A stretch of DNA of 63,958 nt, filler included, from Salisapilia sapeloensis CBS 127946 (lineage: Eukaryota > Protista > Oomycota), in NCBI GenBank assembly GCA_023334545.1. It is 12 parts of 12 records of this genome, joined end to end, with 100 filler letters (N's around TTAATTAATTAA, not from the genome) between each part and the next. Parts side by side here need not be neighbours in the genome. Positions count along the whole stretch, not along the records: positions 1 to 22,251 come from JAADVB010000277.1; positions 22,352 to 35,154 come from JAADVB010000406.1; 10 more parts are not named here. The stretch is one strand, 5' to 3'. Below the pieces are notes generated by a model. It saw only the letters and a program-made list of their open reading frames with translations. It was not told the DNA's origin and ran no database searches. Both the position numbers and the translations under genes were made by a program. Below, in pieces: positions 11,621-23,192 of this stretch. How positions within the stretch are numbered: position 1 is the first letter of the stretch; every line of letters starts with the position of its first letter.

Positions 11621-11753
11621 CACCTGTCCTCGTGCTAGTCGTATGAGCTAAATACACACTGGTGTATAGTTATACTTTGGGCATTTTTGTATGTGAAGAA
11701 GAATTATTTGCATACAAAAAGCGTAGAGTTAGCTGGACACTAATTGGAGAACG

Positions 11754-13452
11754 ATGTCGCGGAGTGCGCTTACGAGGCAAGGAGCACCGCCACCTCCACC
11801 GCCGCCAGTGGCAGACGCGGGTGGAGATGCTCACCAGGTGAAGCAGGACGAGCTTCCAATGTACGCTATTCTGTTTATTTAGTACTCTTTCCTATGCTCC
11901 TGTGCTTATGACTATTTCTAGCCATGGCAATGACACGACGTACAATTTGAACAATTTGCTGTACCACAACATTATGCAGTCGACGTACTTTCGTGATCTA
12001 TAGTATGACGTTTATATATACCTTGGTAGCCTTGGTATTCATCTGAATATGTAGCAAATTGACGACATATCATGAAGTCGTGGATGAGATTTATTATCGC
12101 GTGGAACATGCCGAGCCACTGTCTCCCGGTACTTCTCGCATCGCATCGACTTGCTTCTGTCTCTTGATGAAGTTCTTTACAATGCGTCTAACGAGAAAGC
12201 AGATGCAAGGTCTCCTGCGTCATCCCGTAAGTACGGACACATCGTCTTCTTTCTCCATATTTCGTACATATTTCACTCACAAAACTTAGGATTCTCCTTA
12301 CATTCGAGCCATTGGATTCCTCTATCTCCGATACACTTGTGATCCGAAAGACCTCTGGAGTTGGTACGCTCCGTATCTGGATGATCCGGAGGAATTTAAT
12401 GCGTCTGCAAATCCGAATAACCTCACGTACGTCTTCTACTTTCCTCGTACGAGTCTAGTGTATCATCATAAGGCTTGTATAGAACGATTGGTGCATGGCT
12501 ACGTGGTCTGCTAGCAGAGAACCAGTACTACGGAACGATTCTTCCTCGTATCCCAAAGAAAATCCAAGACGACATCAATGTCAAGGTATGTCATTCCGTC
12601 CGACCTCCTTTTTATTTGTATTGACGCAACCGTAGCTGCTCTTACACAGTCGCAAGAAGGAGCGAGAGGAAGCGAATCTCAAGATCGTCGAGTACCTTCA
12701 AGTTGGCACTAAGATCCGAGCCATGTACTCGGATGAAGAGAATGAACCAGCCGTATGTACCTCCTCTCCTACATTCTCTTCGATCCCTCACTCCAGTGGC
12801 TAGATGTATGATGCTGTCATTGACTCGATAGAACCCAAGAACCATTTTTGGGTATACTCTCCCTTTGCCTCTTCTCCTACAAGACCTAACTCTCCTGTAG
12901 GTGACGTTCCCAGAGTATGGCAACACGGAAAAAGTGGCACTAGGTGATATTGAGTTCACGCCACCTAGAAAGCGGTCTCCACGTCGCTCTCGCTCTTCCT
13001 CTCGACAGCGCCATCGCTCTCGTTCCACCTCTCGACCGCGACGCCGCTCTCGCTCTTCTTCTCGCCACCGCCGTCGGTCTCGTTCCAGGTCTCGTCGCCG
13101 TCGCTCTCGCTCTCCGCGTCGGTCTCGTCGCAGCCGTAGCTCCAGTCGAGCGTCCGGCCTGACGACCGATCTACTCGAGCAAGTACGAGAGAAGGAGCGT
13201 CGCAAGGCCGAAGCAGTCGGTAAGGACTATGCAGCTCGACCTGCGAGCTACAAGGGCTCTCTATCTCTCAAGCTCGATCGGTACACGACTCGCGAGCGCT
13301 CTCCAAGTCCGAAAAAAGAGCGTAAGCGTCGTCCTCGGTCGCCTACACCAGAGAAGTCTGAACCAAAGGAGCAAAAAGTATCCAAGGAAGCGTTGGAACG
13401 TATGGCAAAGCTCAAGAAGATGTATGGGGATGCTTCGAGTAAGAAAGAATAA
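11754..13452 (+). CDS. PRP38: PRP38-family splicing factor (PRPF38B-like) with Tudor domain and RS-rich tail; multi-exon
   Basis: Spliced reading ..LPIHGNDTTYNLNNLLYHNIMQSTYF..TYHEVVDEIYY..STCFCLLMKFFTMRLTRKQMQGLL..DSPYIRAIGFLYLRY. GT-AG introns at 11861-11921, 12003-12054, 12227-12289 and further downstream. Tudor-like YDAVIDSIE..VTFPEYGNTEKVALGDI. RS repeats. Confidence 0.9.
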
Positions 13453-13574
13453 AGACAAGGACGACGGATTCGAGTTGCATTGTTTGTATCAAGAAGAGAG
13501 TTTATACGCATAAAGCGTGCGGTCGTATCATAGGAGAATCCAAGTCGTTGATGACGTGGCTTAAGAAATAATGA

Positions 13575-14639
13575 CTAGATCGACTGGAAGGCTTCGATCC
13601 AGGACACAGCTTCGGCTTCCGACGCCGCGCGGAAGTGGACGGCACGCTTGTCTTCTAGTCGGACGCTAAAGCCGTGCTGTGCATCCGGCCGCATGGAAGC
13701 GGATAGGACTGCGATCGGCTGGTCCTGCGGTCGCTGTCCGCCGTCCGGGTCCGAGCACACGACGAGATGGCCGTTCGTGAGGATGATGTGCCGGTGCTTC
13801 CACGCGTACATGATCCGACCAGACCGGATCTGCAGCCAACCGTGCTTGTTGCCTGGCATCTCGTTCTCGCTCGGGAGACGAAGGTACTCTTCGACGCCCA
13901 TACTCGTGCCGCGGATGTCGTCCATCGACATCGAGTTGCCTGAGAAGCGAGTAGTGTTGCTCGCAGAGTGGTCGATCATCGGTCCCTTGGCTTGCGACAG
14001 CACGTGCAGCCATAGTTCCCGTGCTTCCTGGTCGCCTGCTTGGATCTGTAGCTTCCGACCGGTGGAAGAGTAGATGTTTAGACCGAAGGCTGTGTCGTCC
14101 GAGAGCGCAGCGGACGCGACGCGCATGCCGCCGAGGGGAGGCAGATCGAGGCACTGTGTTCCGTGCTGATCGGACACGATGACGCACGTTTGGGAGTAAT
14201 ACGTTAAGGTGCTTCCGTGAAGAAGGAAGAAGCGCTGTTTCCATGATTTGATGTTTGCCCCTCGTTTCCACAGCCATCCGTAGTAGACTGGGCCGCGGAA
14301 CGTGTGCATGGGTACATTCATGAGCGTGAGGCGTGCCTGGAGTTTATTCCCGGCATCCGAAGACGAGTGGGATAAAGTGGATGAGGAGACAGTGGGCGAT
14401 TGGGGTCGAGGCCTGTTACGCAGCATCATGTCCGAGTGCCGAAAGCTCATGTCGTTGGACTGGCCATGCTGCACGCGCGGGTCGTCGCACGTCACGGGAG
14501 AGTCCTGTGTGCTCGGTCGAGCGTCCGCTTTGTCTGCGACCGACGTTTGTTTCGACGGCATGTATGGTCGATGAGGCGGTGTCGGTATGTCTCGACTGTG
14601 AGCGCGCTTGTGGCGATAGTGCTTGCCGTCCGCGGCCAT
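13575..14639 (-). CDS. Tandem PH-domain protein
   Basis: PH1: YYGWLWKRGANIKSWKQRFFLLHGSTLTYY..RELWLHVL. PH2: KHGWLQIRSGRIMYAWKHRHIILTNG..EAVSWIEAF. Start placed at MAADGKH, downstream of an INR-like ACATTCC. Confidence 0.85.
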   Translation of the reverse strand: MAADGKHYRHKRAHSRDIPTPPHRPYMPSKQTSVADKADARPSTQDSPVTCDDPRVQHGQSNDMSFRHSDMMLRNRPRPQSPTVSSSTLSHSSSDAGNKLQARLTLMNVPMHTFRGPVYYGWLWKRGANIKSWKQRFFLLHGSTLTYYSQTCVIVSDQHGTQCLDLPPLGGMRVASAALSDDTAFGLNIYSSTGRKLQIQAGDQEARELWLHVLSQAKGPMIDHSASNTTRFSGNSMSMDDIRGTSMGVEEYLRLPSENEMPGNKHGWLQIRSGRIMYAWKHRHIILTNGHLVVCSDPDGGQRPQDQPIAVLSASMRPDAQHGFSVRLEDKRAVHFRAASEAEAVSWIEAFQSI

Positions 14640-16807
14640 GATTTCGGAATGTACTAGGCTTTTCGTTATGAAGAGAACTGATCGCCTTGGATGATGCCTA
14701 AAGTGCGTTTTTTTCGGACCGATAGTAAAAGCCGAGTGTGGGTGCATGAGCCGAGGCATAGATGGCACAGAAGCCATAAGTGCTACACACACACTGACAT
14801 AAACACAACGCGTGTGGGTGAAGGAGGGCAAAATCGTATGATAGACGATGGTGAGAAAATTTTCTACTTTCCTTCTCCTATCTACCTTTCATTTCGCAAG
14901 CTACCGCCATGTTTTTTTCGTTTATAAGGCTGCATATACGCTTAGGATGGAGAAGGATGTGATTCGGCATAGCTTGATATTATCGTCAATTGCAATGGCC
15001 TATTCGTACCGATTAAAAGACTTGACTGGATGGGTGTAGGCTGTATGGAGTGTAGTTAGCAATGTTGAAGCCTGACAGGCTTGGAAGGTATGGAGCATGG
15101 AAAAGTGAAGGGTAGTAACCTCGGATGTTACGAACACGCGGACATCTCGCTATGCTTTCGATGGCCAAGGAGCCTCTGCATGCGCGCAGGAGCGGCCGAG
15201 TTTGACGATGCGTCAACTTATGCGACTCGAGCCACAAGGTCTGGGATAGAACCGGGCGGTCGAAACATCATCGGTCGATGATTTCGGTAGACCCGAACGC
15301 GTTCGGATTGCTTGCTAGCATGAAGAAGAACTTCAGTCGACACGAAGGCTACAAGCAGCGCGATGGAGACGCAGTTTAAGGTTCGAATGACACTGGCTTG
15401 AAGTACACAAACGTGTCATAGTAGCGCGCCAGCGAAGATTATCAGTACCTCAAGCCAGTTGGATGCTGTCGAACGCAGTCTCACTTTGATCGCATGGCTT
15501 GATTTGACACTGAGTCTATCTGAGCAGTGGATTCTCCATTATTAGGCAAGCTCATATAATGGCAAGCAAAATGTTGCTCTCTTTAATGACAAAGTACCAA
15601 CATGCTCTCTTGACGCAAATTGGCTTTACGTCATGGTGAGCGATCGCACTTCCCATGAATGTGTAATTCTCGAGCTAACGTCGGTGGAAACCGACTCGGA
15701 CGGCGTTCAAGATACCACGCATCCTTTTATAATTAGGTACATTTGCATGAGAGGAACTACTATCCAGGATCTGTTTGCCCAGGGTACTGTGACAACAGTA
15801 GTATGGGAACAAAAGCAAAATATCCATCTCACATTGCATCGATACAAGCACGGCGGTATGGTAGGCAGCGTAACAAGTGCGTCCACAGGCAGCTTTGCAT
15901 CTAAGGATTGTACTTGCCAGCGACACCGTTGAGCATTCGTTTTCCTGGAATTCGACTAAAATATCATCCTGAGACTGGTACCGCGTCTTCGCATAGTCAA
16001 ATTTTGTACAAGGCTTCGATCCAGGTCGAAACCAGTAGGATCGCGTCCCATCAGCTGCATGAGATCCTTTGCAAGACATCCAAATATCCACCTGCTGCGC
16101 GTTTGCAGACAGATCCCGTCCAGAGTGAAAGGGAGACCGCTTAACGTTGGAGAAAGATATGGAAGTCTGCAAATACGATCCCAAGTGACTGGAAACGATA
16201 ATGCATACTCGTGAAAAGGAAAATGAAAGGGCACCTAGTCGACATCATCGCATTCGAAATGAAGTCATGCACCGTTTAACGATTCTACGGATAAATTTTC
16301 ATCTTCTGAAGCGACGTACGGAACATGGAATGCCAGAGTCTGAGATAGAGCGTATAGCGTTCCATCGTAAAGAGCGAGAAGATCTAGTCTACGAATTGGA
16401 TACGTTCCATCAGTCCATCGCGGAGTAATGGCTCGTGTAGAATAACTTTGACATGGAGGAGGAAACCGTACACAACATCCTCAACATGGGACATCCAGTC
16501 AAGAGGAGGCTCGAGCCCAAGTTACTATCATCTGCATATCTAGAGATAGCCGCAACACGCTGGTCTTAACGACCAAAGGATGACAGTATGCGTGATACTA
16601 CCGAGATCGGATTGTGCTATTAAAAGTTAGTTCTGTGTATCATAATAATCTATAAATTAGCGGATCTTGGCGTATGATAGTCGATGCGATCTCAGTTAAG
16701 CTCTGTAAGACAACTTGCAAAACGAAGGATCTTACGAATGTATTTATGTTTCCATCCTCTCAAGCAATCACACTGTATTAGACACTAAACCTTGATTCAC
16801 ACTACTT

Positions 16808-18463
16808 TCAAAAGGAAATGAAAGCTGTCAAGGCGTCATTGTTCGGCACGTACGTCCAGTTGTCAATACCCATGGATGTTTCCGGTAGTGCTTCCGCTAC
16901 TCGCTCAACCTCTTTAAGGTCAAACCCAAGTGGTTCCGTCGGTCTCAAATCTGGTGTTTCCAAAAGTGCATGCAAAGACTTCTTCGGCATAGCTTCCTCT
17001 GGTTCATCCAATACGTCTTCACTCTGAGTCGGCACTTCCACATACTCTGCATGCACACTATTACGGCAATGAGTGTCATCGTCAAGGTACGCATCGAGCT
17101 CCGAAGCTTGATAAGGTTCGAGTTCTTGCATCAACATCAGCAGCTGATTCGTCACGTCGTTTTCGTCTTTCACGTCTTTCAAAAAGCCATCGGCAGGAGG
17201 TGCCATGCCGACGATATGCCAACTCGCAGTTATTGTTCTTTTCGGAATCTCACGCCAGGCGTTAACTGCCCATTGCATGCACTCGAGTACGTTCGACCGA
17301 AAGTCCGCGACGGTCTTGGGACCATTGACTACTTGCAGGACAGAGCGTAATTGATACCTTCGATATCGTGCTTTAAAAGCTCGAACCAACGTCGTAGCAA
17401 CTGGGTTCAATGAATGAACGGATGGAGATAAAACAGCAACCGTCACGTTGGTAAGCTCCAAGTGAGCAACGGTGTGTGATGGCGCTTCATCGAGAACGAG
17501 TAGGATCTGTCGATTTTCAAGCGACATGGCATAATCCAGATGATGCAACCATCGAGAAAAAATGATGCCAGTGAGTGCTGCACGAACGTTGGCAAAGTAC
17601 TGGAACCCATGTTCGGCTGCTGATTTGCCTTGGAAGCATTGAGGGTATTGGAGATGGGAAATGAAGAGAGGAGGAATCGTAGATGATCCATCGCCGTTCA
17701 TTGTGAAAAGAGCGACGACTCGTTTTTCTACTAACTTTGCATCATTTTCGTTAATCAACGATGCCTTGACGACATTAGAAGGAGGTCGGTTGTATAGTAT
17801 CGCTGTTTCAGTCATACAGAAGACATCGCGTGATGCGTACTTAGTGACTTGTGTCTTTAGATCGTCTGCAGACGAGATATGCACAACCTGATTCGCTTGT
17901 CCTCGTCGTTCTTTATTCTGGGCTAAAAAGTAGGGAGTATATAGACTCGGTGGTGGTACGTCTGGAGATTCCTTACTGCTTTGGGCATTGAATCGACGAA
18001 AGCTAAAGTTGTGTCGGGTTTGAAAGGAATGGAGCCATCCATTGGAAAACTCTGGTTGGTCCTGTTCTGGGATCCCAAGCATGGTTGCAAACTCCCGAGC
18101 TTTCTGCTTGGTTATGTCGCCTTGCACCTGGATACCTCGATGAGCACACTGGATAACCCAATTGGCCAAATGCATGTCCAAGAGCGGCCAGTTAACAACA
18201 CGGCGTTTGCGAACCCCGAGGTCTAGTAGACTCATGTTCATGAACTCATGTCGACGACGAAGGATACCGGAGATGGTGCTCTGTGCCGGTTTCTTGCGCA
18301 GCTGAAACTCCTTTTGAGCCCACTCGGCCAAGTCCTTCTGACTAATCTGTCCATGATGACGAGCATGATGTTCGCAAAGTAGTTTTCGTTGAAAGTTGGT
18401 GAGGTAACCTTGACCACGTTTCAGTTGCTTTCGTCGTGTCTCCGGTGCACACTTCCCTCTCAT
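16808..18463 (-). CDS. pogo/Tigger (Tc5, CENP-B-like) transposase-derived protein: HTH-CENPB + DDE_1 fold, catalytic triad degenerate
   Basis: Intact 551-aa ORF. SQKDLAEWAQKEF..PAQSTISGIL, KQKAREFA..FSNGWLHSFQTRHN, FCMTETAILY (canonical NxDETG), LLVLDEAPSH, LNPVATTLVRAFKARYRR (canonical QPLDQGI). No TIRs seen. Confidence 0.85.
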   Translation of the reverse strand: MRGKCAPETRRKQLKRGQGYLTNFQRKLLCEHHARHHGQISQKDLAEWAQKEFQLRKKPAQSTISGILRRRHEFMNMSLLDLGVRKRRVVNWPLLDMHLANWVIQCAHRGIQVQGDITKQKAREFATMLGIPEQDQPEFSNGWLHSFQTRHNFSFRRFNAQSSKESPDVPPPSLYTPYFLAQNKERRGQANQVVHISSADDLKTQVTKYASRDVFCMTETAILYNRPPSNVVKASLINENDAKLVEKRVVALFTMNGDGSSTIPPLFISHLQYPQCFQGKSAAEHGFQYFANVRAALTGIIFSRWLHHLDYAMSLENRQILLVLDEAPSHTVAHLELTNVTVAVLSPSVHSLNPVATTLVRAFKARYRRYQLRSVLQVVNGPKTVADFRSNVLECMQWAVNAWREIPKRTITASWHIVGMAPPADGFLKDVKDENDVTNQLLMLMQELEPYQASELDAYLDDDTHCRNSVHAEYVEVPTQSEDVLDEPEEAMPKKSLHALLETPDLRPTEPLGFDLKEVERVAEALPETSMGIDNWTYVPNNDALTAFISF

Positions 18464-18581
18464 TCTGTCCGATGCTTTCGTCGTAAGAAAAAAGTGTAAT
18501 GACTTAGCGAGTAGGTACGAGATCCAGTCGGGAGATGGGACATCGTTTCTTCGTGTTCAACGCATACAAAAAAGAGGTGAA

Positions 18582-21095
18582 ATGGCTGCCAAACACGTTC
18601 TCACCATCAACTGCCTCGGTTATCAAGCCATGTCCGATGCGTACGTTGAGCACTTTCAGCATGTACTCGAGCTGATATTTGACAGTCGAAAGGATATCCA
18701 AGACTTGCTATCGACGCAAGAGATTGAGTACGTTGAAAAGTATTTACAGCTCCCAACGGATGCACAACGAGTGTATGCTCGATTATTCATGCGAAAAGGA
18801 AGTTGGTTCCGAGTTACAAGCGTCCTGTCTTACTTTCCAGATGATGTGGATGCTATGACAGTACAGAATGCACTGCAGAAGCTGCTTGGATCCGGTTTTA
18901 TACAGACTCTGTCGTCGGATGAAGACGAACCAAGTCAGGCGTTGGAGGCTGTTTACCACTGCGCGTCCGCGAGTGAGATGCAAACGTTGTCAAAGAAAGT
19001 GCGTGGTGGTAAGGCATCCAGTAGTAAGCAGGAGGCTTATCTGCAGCTGAAGAAAACAGTACAAAGCCAACGTCGAGTGGACGGCTCGAAGATTCCACTA
19101 GCACAATTAGCGTTGGACGTCTGGAAAACAACATATCCCTTCGTGCTTAAGGACAAGGATATCCTGATTGTATGCCTATCCAAGCAAGTACAAGAGCTCT
19201 TTCGACGCTTGCATCGTATCGTGTATTTAAATGCTCGTTTTCCATTCGGTCCGACGGTCGTGTCTACGCCGAAAGTCGAAAGTTTTACTGAGCTCTTGAC
19301 TCAAAGTCTTGTATCTGAAGAACAGGATACGACCTCTTGGCCCGGCCTCATGGTCATCTTCAACAAAGTTGTGTACCCCGACTACAAGGTTTCCATTGCG
19401 ACACCGTTGTTTTCACGACCGGAAACCTGGGCATGCTTCGAAATAGCTCGACAGCTACATATCGTAATGACTAGAGCTGAAGAAGGGCTTATAGTACAAC
19501 CAGAGGAAGACACGATGGATATGAAATGGTTAGATGCGTCTGCTACACCTCAGTTACTCTCCTTTTGTCGGTTGCAACAGGTCTGTCGAGGTGCATTAGA
19601 TGAATCGGACGGGTGGGAAATGATACATTGGACGGAAGACCAAGCTACTGTGTCTGCTCTCACTTCCTTGGACGACTTTGTTCTTGAGGTACGAGCTTGT
19701 TGGCGAGCTGTGGCAGAATGGGACGAACAGGTTGGTAGTTTCCGAAAGGTACCTCCATTTTTGTCGAAGTATGATGCCGGACATCAACTCGCACGTGCGT
19801 TGATGCATGCATCGAGCGTCTATGAAAAGATGCGTCGATACCAAGTGTCTATCCTGCTTTTGAACGATCTGTTGAGTGGAAGTCACTTGACTCGAAAGCG
19901 AGGTATGTGGTGGACGCGCTTAGCGATCAACTTGGAGCATTTAAATTGCTACGATCAAGCTCTGTCGACGTGTGAGAATGGATTGAAGGATCCACACACC
20001 ATCGGAGGTGATCGTTTAGCTCTTGAGAAGCGATTAGAGCGACTGCAGAAGCGTAATGGAGATCGTAAGATAGAGTTGACTAGTAAAACTAGTATGGAAA
20101 CCAAGTCAGAGTACGAGTACAAGAAGAAATACATGGTCGGTCGACCGATCAAGCGACAAGTAGGCATGAAGTCGATGTTCTTTGGTACGGACAATGAGCA
20201 GTGTACGGTGGAACAGCTCGTTCTTCAGTACTATCGAGAGGAACAGTGGGATGCGATGGATGAAAGTACGGGAGGTTGGTTTGGAGTTCATTCGGAAGGA
20301 AGAGTGCTAAGAAATTTGTTTGGGTTATTGCTGTGGGATGTTCTATATGCCAATGTCCCGGATGTATTCCAGTCTCCTTATCAAGATGGTCCATTAGACT
20401 TTGGCTTTGCAAAAGACTTTACAAGGGCTCGAGAACAAGTCTTAGAGTCTCGTTTACAAGAGATTCGACATGGAAAGATGCTTCAGATTATAAATGACAT
20501 GGAAAGAGTATGGGAAGAGCAGTACGGGAAGCTTTCGAGGTTTGTTAGTTGGCCAGAGGAAATTGAAGGGGATAGTGATCGACCGCCACTGCGTTGGCAT
20601 CAAATGGTTGTCATTGCTATGGGGCAGGAAAGTCTCGTAACACTACTGAGACACATGGCAACTTCGGCAGAGTATCATGCTTCCCAGAGTGGACTCCCTG
20701 ATCTGCTGCTCCTTCGAGCTCACAAGACAGGAACTGATACGAGTGATGAGCATATGACGGACGATGGGTTCCTAGACTTTTATGCGTTCTGCGGTATGGT
20801 TTACCAAACGAACTTGAACAACCACGAGGTGGTATCCACAAGTGCGACTGATGATGAGTCGGATAGCATGTCAAAGTTGATGGCAGTGCTGGAAGATTGG
20901 AACGTAGAGCTAAAGCTAGTGGAAGTGAAAGGCCCTCGAGACCGACTTAGTGAGAAGCAGTTGTTCTGGTTACAGGTTCTGGGAGACCAAGCAAAGATAG
21001 ATGTGAGCGTAATGCATGTCGTTGAGGAGGGACATCAGCTCGAGAAAAAGCAATCGCAAGCTGGAGGCAAGATCAAGAAGCCTCGATTAAAGTAA
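18582..21095 (+). CDS. FAN1: Fanconi-associated nuclease 1 (VRR-NUC domain)
   Basis: 837-aa ORF. YARLFMRKGSWFR, RGMWWTRLAINLEHL, TVEQLVLQYY, GVHSEG, LFGLLLWDVLY, SGLPDL, VEVKGPRDRLSEKQLFWL. Confidence 0.93.
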   Translation: MAAKHVLTINCLGYQAMSDAYVEHFQHVLELIFDSRKDIQDLLSTQEIEYVEKYLQLPTDAQRVYARLFMRKGSWFRVTSVLSYFPDDVDAMTVQNALQKLLGSGFIQTLSSDEDEPSQALEAVYHCASASEMQTLSKKVRGGKASSSKQEAYLQLKKTVQSQRRVDGSKIPLAQLALDVWKTTYPFVLKDKDILIVCLSKQVQELFRRLHRIVYLNARFPFGPTVVSTPKVESFTELLTQSLVSEEQDTTSWPGLMVIFNKVVYPDYKVSIATPLFSRPETWACFEIARQLHIVMTRAEEGLIVQPEEDTMDMKWLDASATPQLLSFCRLQQVCRGALDESDGWEMIHWTEDQATVSALTSLDDFVLEVRACWRAVAEWDEQVGSFRKVPPFLSKYDAGHQLARALMHASSVYEKMRRYQVSILLLNDLLSGSHLTRKRGMWWTRLAINLEHLNCYDQALSTCENGLKDPHTIGGDRLALEKRLERLQKRNGDRKIELTSKTSMETKSEYEYKKKYMVGRPIKRQVGMKSMFFGTDNEQCTVEQLVLQYYREEQWDAMDESTGGWFGVHSEGRVLRNLFGLLLWDVLYANVPDVFQSPYQDGPLDFGFAKDFTRAREQVLESRLQEIRHGKMLQIINDMERVWEEQYGKLSRFVSWPEEIEGDSDRPPLRWHQMVVIAMGQESLVTLLRHMATSAEYHASQSGLPDLLLLRAHKTGTDTSDEHMTDDGFLDFYAFCGMVYQTNLNNHEVVSTSATDDESDSMSKLMAVLEDWNVELKLVEVKGPRDRLSEKQLFWLQVLGDQAKIDVSVMHVVEEGHQLEKKQSQAGGKIKKPRLK

Positions 21096-21116
21096 GTGAA
21101 GATAAAAATCGTTCCA

Positions 21117-21963
21117 TTAAGACTTGCAGTCGATACGAGACACTCGGTTGGATTTGGCTTTCATGTTTTGGCGAGTGTATTCCCAGTCGTCATCGTCGTC
21201 CGCCGCGGGGTTGCAGATATCTTTCATCTCTTCATATATACTTTCTCGTTCGGAAGGTTGCTGAACGTTTGGCCTCAAACTACTGTCAGCTATCGTTGAA
21301 TTAGCAATCGATTCATCATGCTCTCGGTAACGGCGCTCTACATGATACCGATGGCTTCTGATGATGGTTGCGGGTGACGGAGGAGGTATGCTCGGACCCA
21401 ACTGTCCAATGCTCTCGACTTCCTTGAGAAAGTTGTCATACCTACCTCTGTCCACTACCGGATCATCCGAAGGGTTCGCAAGGACAGATAAGACATATCT
21501 CATTTCATTCTGGTCATCACTGCAGGAAGTTTGATCCATCTCAGCATCGTCTTCCGGTTCTGGTAGTGCACGTAGCAATTCGTCCAAATCAAGATCGGAA
21601 AATGGTAAGCGCAATTGAGGGGAGCCAAAATCATCGACATCATCCTCTTTACTAGTAGTTTCCAAAGCATGTGGTGCTGGATATATGGTAGCTATGTTAG
21701 TTTCTTGCTGGGATGTCGTCTCCGGCCCACATGTTTCATCTGAAGACGCAAACTCGACCCATCGATCTTCACACTCTTCTGGGGTTATGTCCTCCAAGCC
21801 ATTGCTGTACAACAAAATTATAAGTGCTAGGTAGGGTAAAAGCAATGTCAAGTAGCTACACTGCCGATTCCTGTTTAAAAAGCTTGGATGCCTTCACAAA
21901 GTTATACCGAGACTCGACTACGCATTTGTTTAAAAGCAAGTACAATTCTTCCGTCCACTGCAT
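21117..21963 (-). CDS. Hypothetical protein with N-terminal SANT/Myb-like domain (2 exons)
   Basis: Spliced MQWTEELYLLLNKCVVESRYNFVKASKLF..ITPEECEDRWVEF, with SANT-like Trp spacing. Acidic downstream ORF 21117-21851. Confidence 0.5.
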
Positions 21964-22251
21964 ACTTTTGGTGACTCCTTAAGCGAATTTGGATATGAAC
22001 GTTTCATTTAATTTTTACGCAGAGGCCAAAGAAAATGACAAAGGCTAAACTACGTTGATGTTGTCATGTACCTGTACTTGCTCTAGTGACTCACCATCTT
22101 CGTTGTGGCATTTGCCATTGTCTTGAATCCTTATACAGGTCCTACGCATCCTTTCATCTGCTGCGTCCTGTCCCACTCCACCATTGAAGCTATTCGTGCG
22201 ACTGCAGTGGACGATCCCTATAGAGGATCTAGACTTGTAGCACCCATTGCA

Positions 22252-22351
22252 NNNNNNNNNNNNNNNNNNNNNNNNNNNNNNNNNNNNNNNNNNNNTTAAT
22301 TAATTAANNNNNNNNNNNNNNNNNNNNNNNNNNNNNNNNNNNNNNNNNNNN
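22252..22351. other. Artificial contig spacer 1 (N44-TTAATTAATTAA-N44)
   Basis: 100-nt block; the 12-mer places stop codons in all six frames. Confidence 0.98.
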
Positions 22352-22663
22352 CGTCTTCTCTGCAGAATACTTTCTGCCGAACAAGCCCGAGAACATCTTG
22401 ACGGCGTGGTTGGATAGCGTTGGCAATTCATACTGTCCCGAAGTAGCTTTCGCTGGGTCGTGAGCCATTTTGACACTTGCACTCATGGACACATTCTGGA
22501 ATCGAACTTCCATTCGTGGAAAAGGAGCGCCCATAGCTCTCTCAACCTTTTCAGCGACATCCTGATGCAGTGCTTTCGATCCATAGCGCATCATTTCCTC
22601 ACCGGAGCTATACGAGATCGGCTGTCGCGTCGGACGATCATCGGATGGCTCCGAACTTGCCAT
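22352..22663 (-). CDS. PDR-type ABCG transporter, N-terminal fragment (copy A), truncated by contig end
   Basis: GEEMMRYGSKALHQDVAEKVERAMGAPFPRMEVRFQNVSMSA..YELPTLSNH, typical of oomycete full-length ABCG N-termini. Confidence 0.85.
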
Positions 22664-23192
22664 CTCGTTAACTTCGTGTCCTTCAGCTAGCAGAAAGACT
22701 CGTGTGTGACGCCGAGTGGAAATTTATAAGTGACGCGATTGATACGAAGCGGTGTCTACTTGAAGTGCGCGTTATCCAACGAGTCGATTACGCTAGGTGT
22801 TTCATCGTAAATTTCTGGTCTTATTCCAGGAGGAAAAGCGAATGATTAGGATCAAAAGTACATTTTCGTTCGGTGAAATGAAAAATGTAAATCCATGCGT
22901 TCATCGTCCATGTCCAATACGAAGACATCCGTCGCTATAAAAAGTTTATATACGATTCAAAGTGAACAACCGAAGCGTAGTTGCCTGTCTCACTGCCAAC
23001 GCATGTACGGTTAGCGACATATCCGGTGCCTTTGCATACAATCAACCACATTACCGTGGCTGTCGCGGAGTAGGGTGCTCACTCAGCAGTGATGAGGTGC
23101 TAACCTTATCATGGTAACCTGGAGGTCGTCCGAACGTTCTCCGGATGTCGCTCGAAAACGCGTCTGGGTGTCCATCCAAAGCTTATTGGACC

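Noticed and set aside
16160-16230. IPSDWKR motif resembling a LINE reverse transcriptase
   Set aside because: No downstream RPISL, QxGF or YADD motifs in any frame.
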